From: Candidatus Methylomirabilia bacterium
GTDB lineage: Bacteria > Methylomirabilota > Methylomirabilia > Rokubacteriales > CSP1-6
Direction: 5' to 3'
Length of the DNA: 64,000 nt
NCBI GenBank assembly: GCA_041496385.1
Contig: JBGQEL010000012.1
Location: forward strand, 1 to 64,000
Part shown: piece by piece, positions 63,135 to 64,000 of the stretch
How positions within the stretch are numbered: position 1 is the stretch's first letter
Layout of the letters: each line of letters opens with the position of its first letter
The notes under the pieces: generated by a model
Seen by the model: the letters and a program-made list of their open reading frames with translations, nothing else
The model's database searches: none
What the model was told of the DNA's origin: nothing
Position numbers and translations under genes: made by a program

Positions 63135-63223
63135 GATCCGTCATACAGCGCGCCATCCCGCGCGCACGAGTGCGCGCACGGGTGGAACGCGAGACGATAT
63201 GTGAGAATCGGGAGGAGGCGCTG

Positions 63224-64000
63224 ATGTTCGCCGAGCAGATCCGGTCCCTGTACGCCTCGATGCCGGAACGTCTCGCTCGCGCGCGCAAGGCGTTCGGCCG
63301 CCCGCTCACGCTCACCGAGAAGATCCTCGCCGCGCACTGCTGGGACTTCGACCGCCAGACGTGGGAGCGGGGCAAGGCGATCCTCCGCCTGCGGGTCGAT
63401 CGCGTGGGCCTGCAGGACGTGACCGGGCAGATGGCGTTGCTGCAGTTCATGCACTCGGGGCGGCCGCGCGTGGCGGTGCCCTCGACGCTCCACTGCGATC
63501 ACCTGATCCGCGCCGAGAGCGGCAGCGCGGACGATCTCGCCCGCGCCATCAAGGAGAACGAGGAGGTCTACGACTTCCTCCGCTCCACGTGCCGCAAGTA
63601 CGGCATCGGCTTCTGGCGGCCGGGCGCGGGGATCATCCACCAGGTCGTGCTCGAGAACTACGCCTTCCCCGGCGGGCTCATGATCGGCGCGGATTCGCAC
63701 ACGCCGAACGGCGCGGGCCTCGGCATGCTTGCGATCGGCGTCGGCGGCGCCGACTGCGGCGAGGTGATGGCGGGCCTGCCGTGGGAGGTCCTGCACCCGA
63801 AGCTGATCGGCGTGCGCCTCACCGGCAAGCTCTCGGGCTGGACCGCGGCCAAGGACGTCATCACGTACCTCTGCACGCGCCTCACGGTGAAGGGCGGCAC
63901 CAACAAGATCGTCGAGTACTTCGGGCCCGGCGCCGAGTCGATCAGCGCGACGGGCAAGGGGACCATCGGCAACATGGGCGCCGAGCTGGGCGCGACGACG
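63224..64000 (+). CDS. acn: Aconitate hydratase (mitochondrial-like type), 3' partial
   Basis: [66 protein letters not shown]; runs off the window. Confidence 0.92.
   Translation, partial: MFAEQIRSLYASMPERLARARKAFGRPLTLTEKILAAHCWDFDRQTWERGKAILRLRVDRVGLQDVTGQMALLQFMHSGRPRVAVPSTLHCDHLIRAESGSADDLARAIKENEEVYDFLRSTCRKYGIGFWRPGAGIIHQVVLENYAFPGGLMIGADSHTPNGAGLGMLAIGVGGADCGEVMAGLPWEVLHPKLIGVRLTGKLSGWTAAKDVITYLCTRLTVKGGTNKIVEYFGPGAESISATGKGTIGNMGAELGATT

Noticed and set aside
63150..63185. Iron-responsive-element-like hairpin in the aconitase leader
   Set aside because: The loop does not match the CAGUGN hexaloop with a bulged C.
1..64000. Many long overlapping or antisense ORFs in the track (e.g. 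14215-17976, 49587-53648, 40760-42844, 27793-29643)
   Set aside because: These are Arg/Ala/Pro/Gly-rich shadow frames expected in very high-GC DNA. Each overlaps a motif-supported gene and has no recognisable motifs.
1..64000. tRNA, rRNA, riboswitch, integrase or transposase
   Set aside because: None was recognisable by eye. Intergenic gaps are short, but covariance-model scans were not possible, so small RNAs could be missed.

Overview
A very GC-rich, gene-dense bacterial chromosomal window with about 60 CDS. I found no rRNA, tRNA, CRISPR array or transposase. Composition and gene content would fit a Rokubacteria/Methylomirabilota-like organism, but that is inference only. Two large loci dominate. 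(1) A ~21 kb hopanoid/outer-membrane lipid region (17-38 kb): hpnJ, a GT28 glycosyltransferase, hpnN, inositol-3-phosphate synthase, a fused sulfo/phosphonopyruvate decarboxylase, mlaEFDC, shc, a DUF422/CruF-like gene, hpnH, an unknown small protein, hpnG, hpnA, hpnD, two Zn-polyol dehydrogenases, a PagL-like gene and ispH. hpnC, hpnE, hpnI and hpnK are not recognisable in the window. (2) A ~13.5 kb sulfur-oxidation cluster (42.9-56.4 kb): a CstB-like persulfide dioxygenase-rhodanese, YeeE, fccBA, TauE, a 4Fe-4S/NrfD fusion, a signal-less molybdopterin enzyme, soxY, soxZ, a fused soxXA and soxB, with no soxCD. Glyoxylate-cycle genes (malate synthase, a short isocitrate lyase, aconitase) are dispersed across the window. 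Features the ORF track misses or splits: a probable TlpA-like selenoprotein (UxxC with a SECIS-like hairpin), a 54-aa 8-Cys protein ahead of isocitrate lyase, CTG starts in CTGA overlaps, a signal-peptide-only remnant after soxB, a deleted and frameshifted M20 peptidase, and several palindromic elements (one in-frame inside a gene, one MITE-like). All gene calls rest on motif recognition by eye, without database searches.
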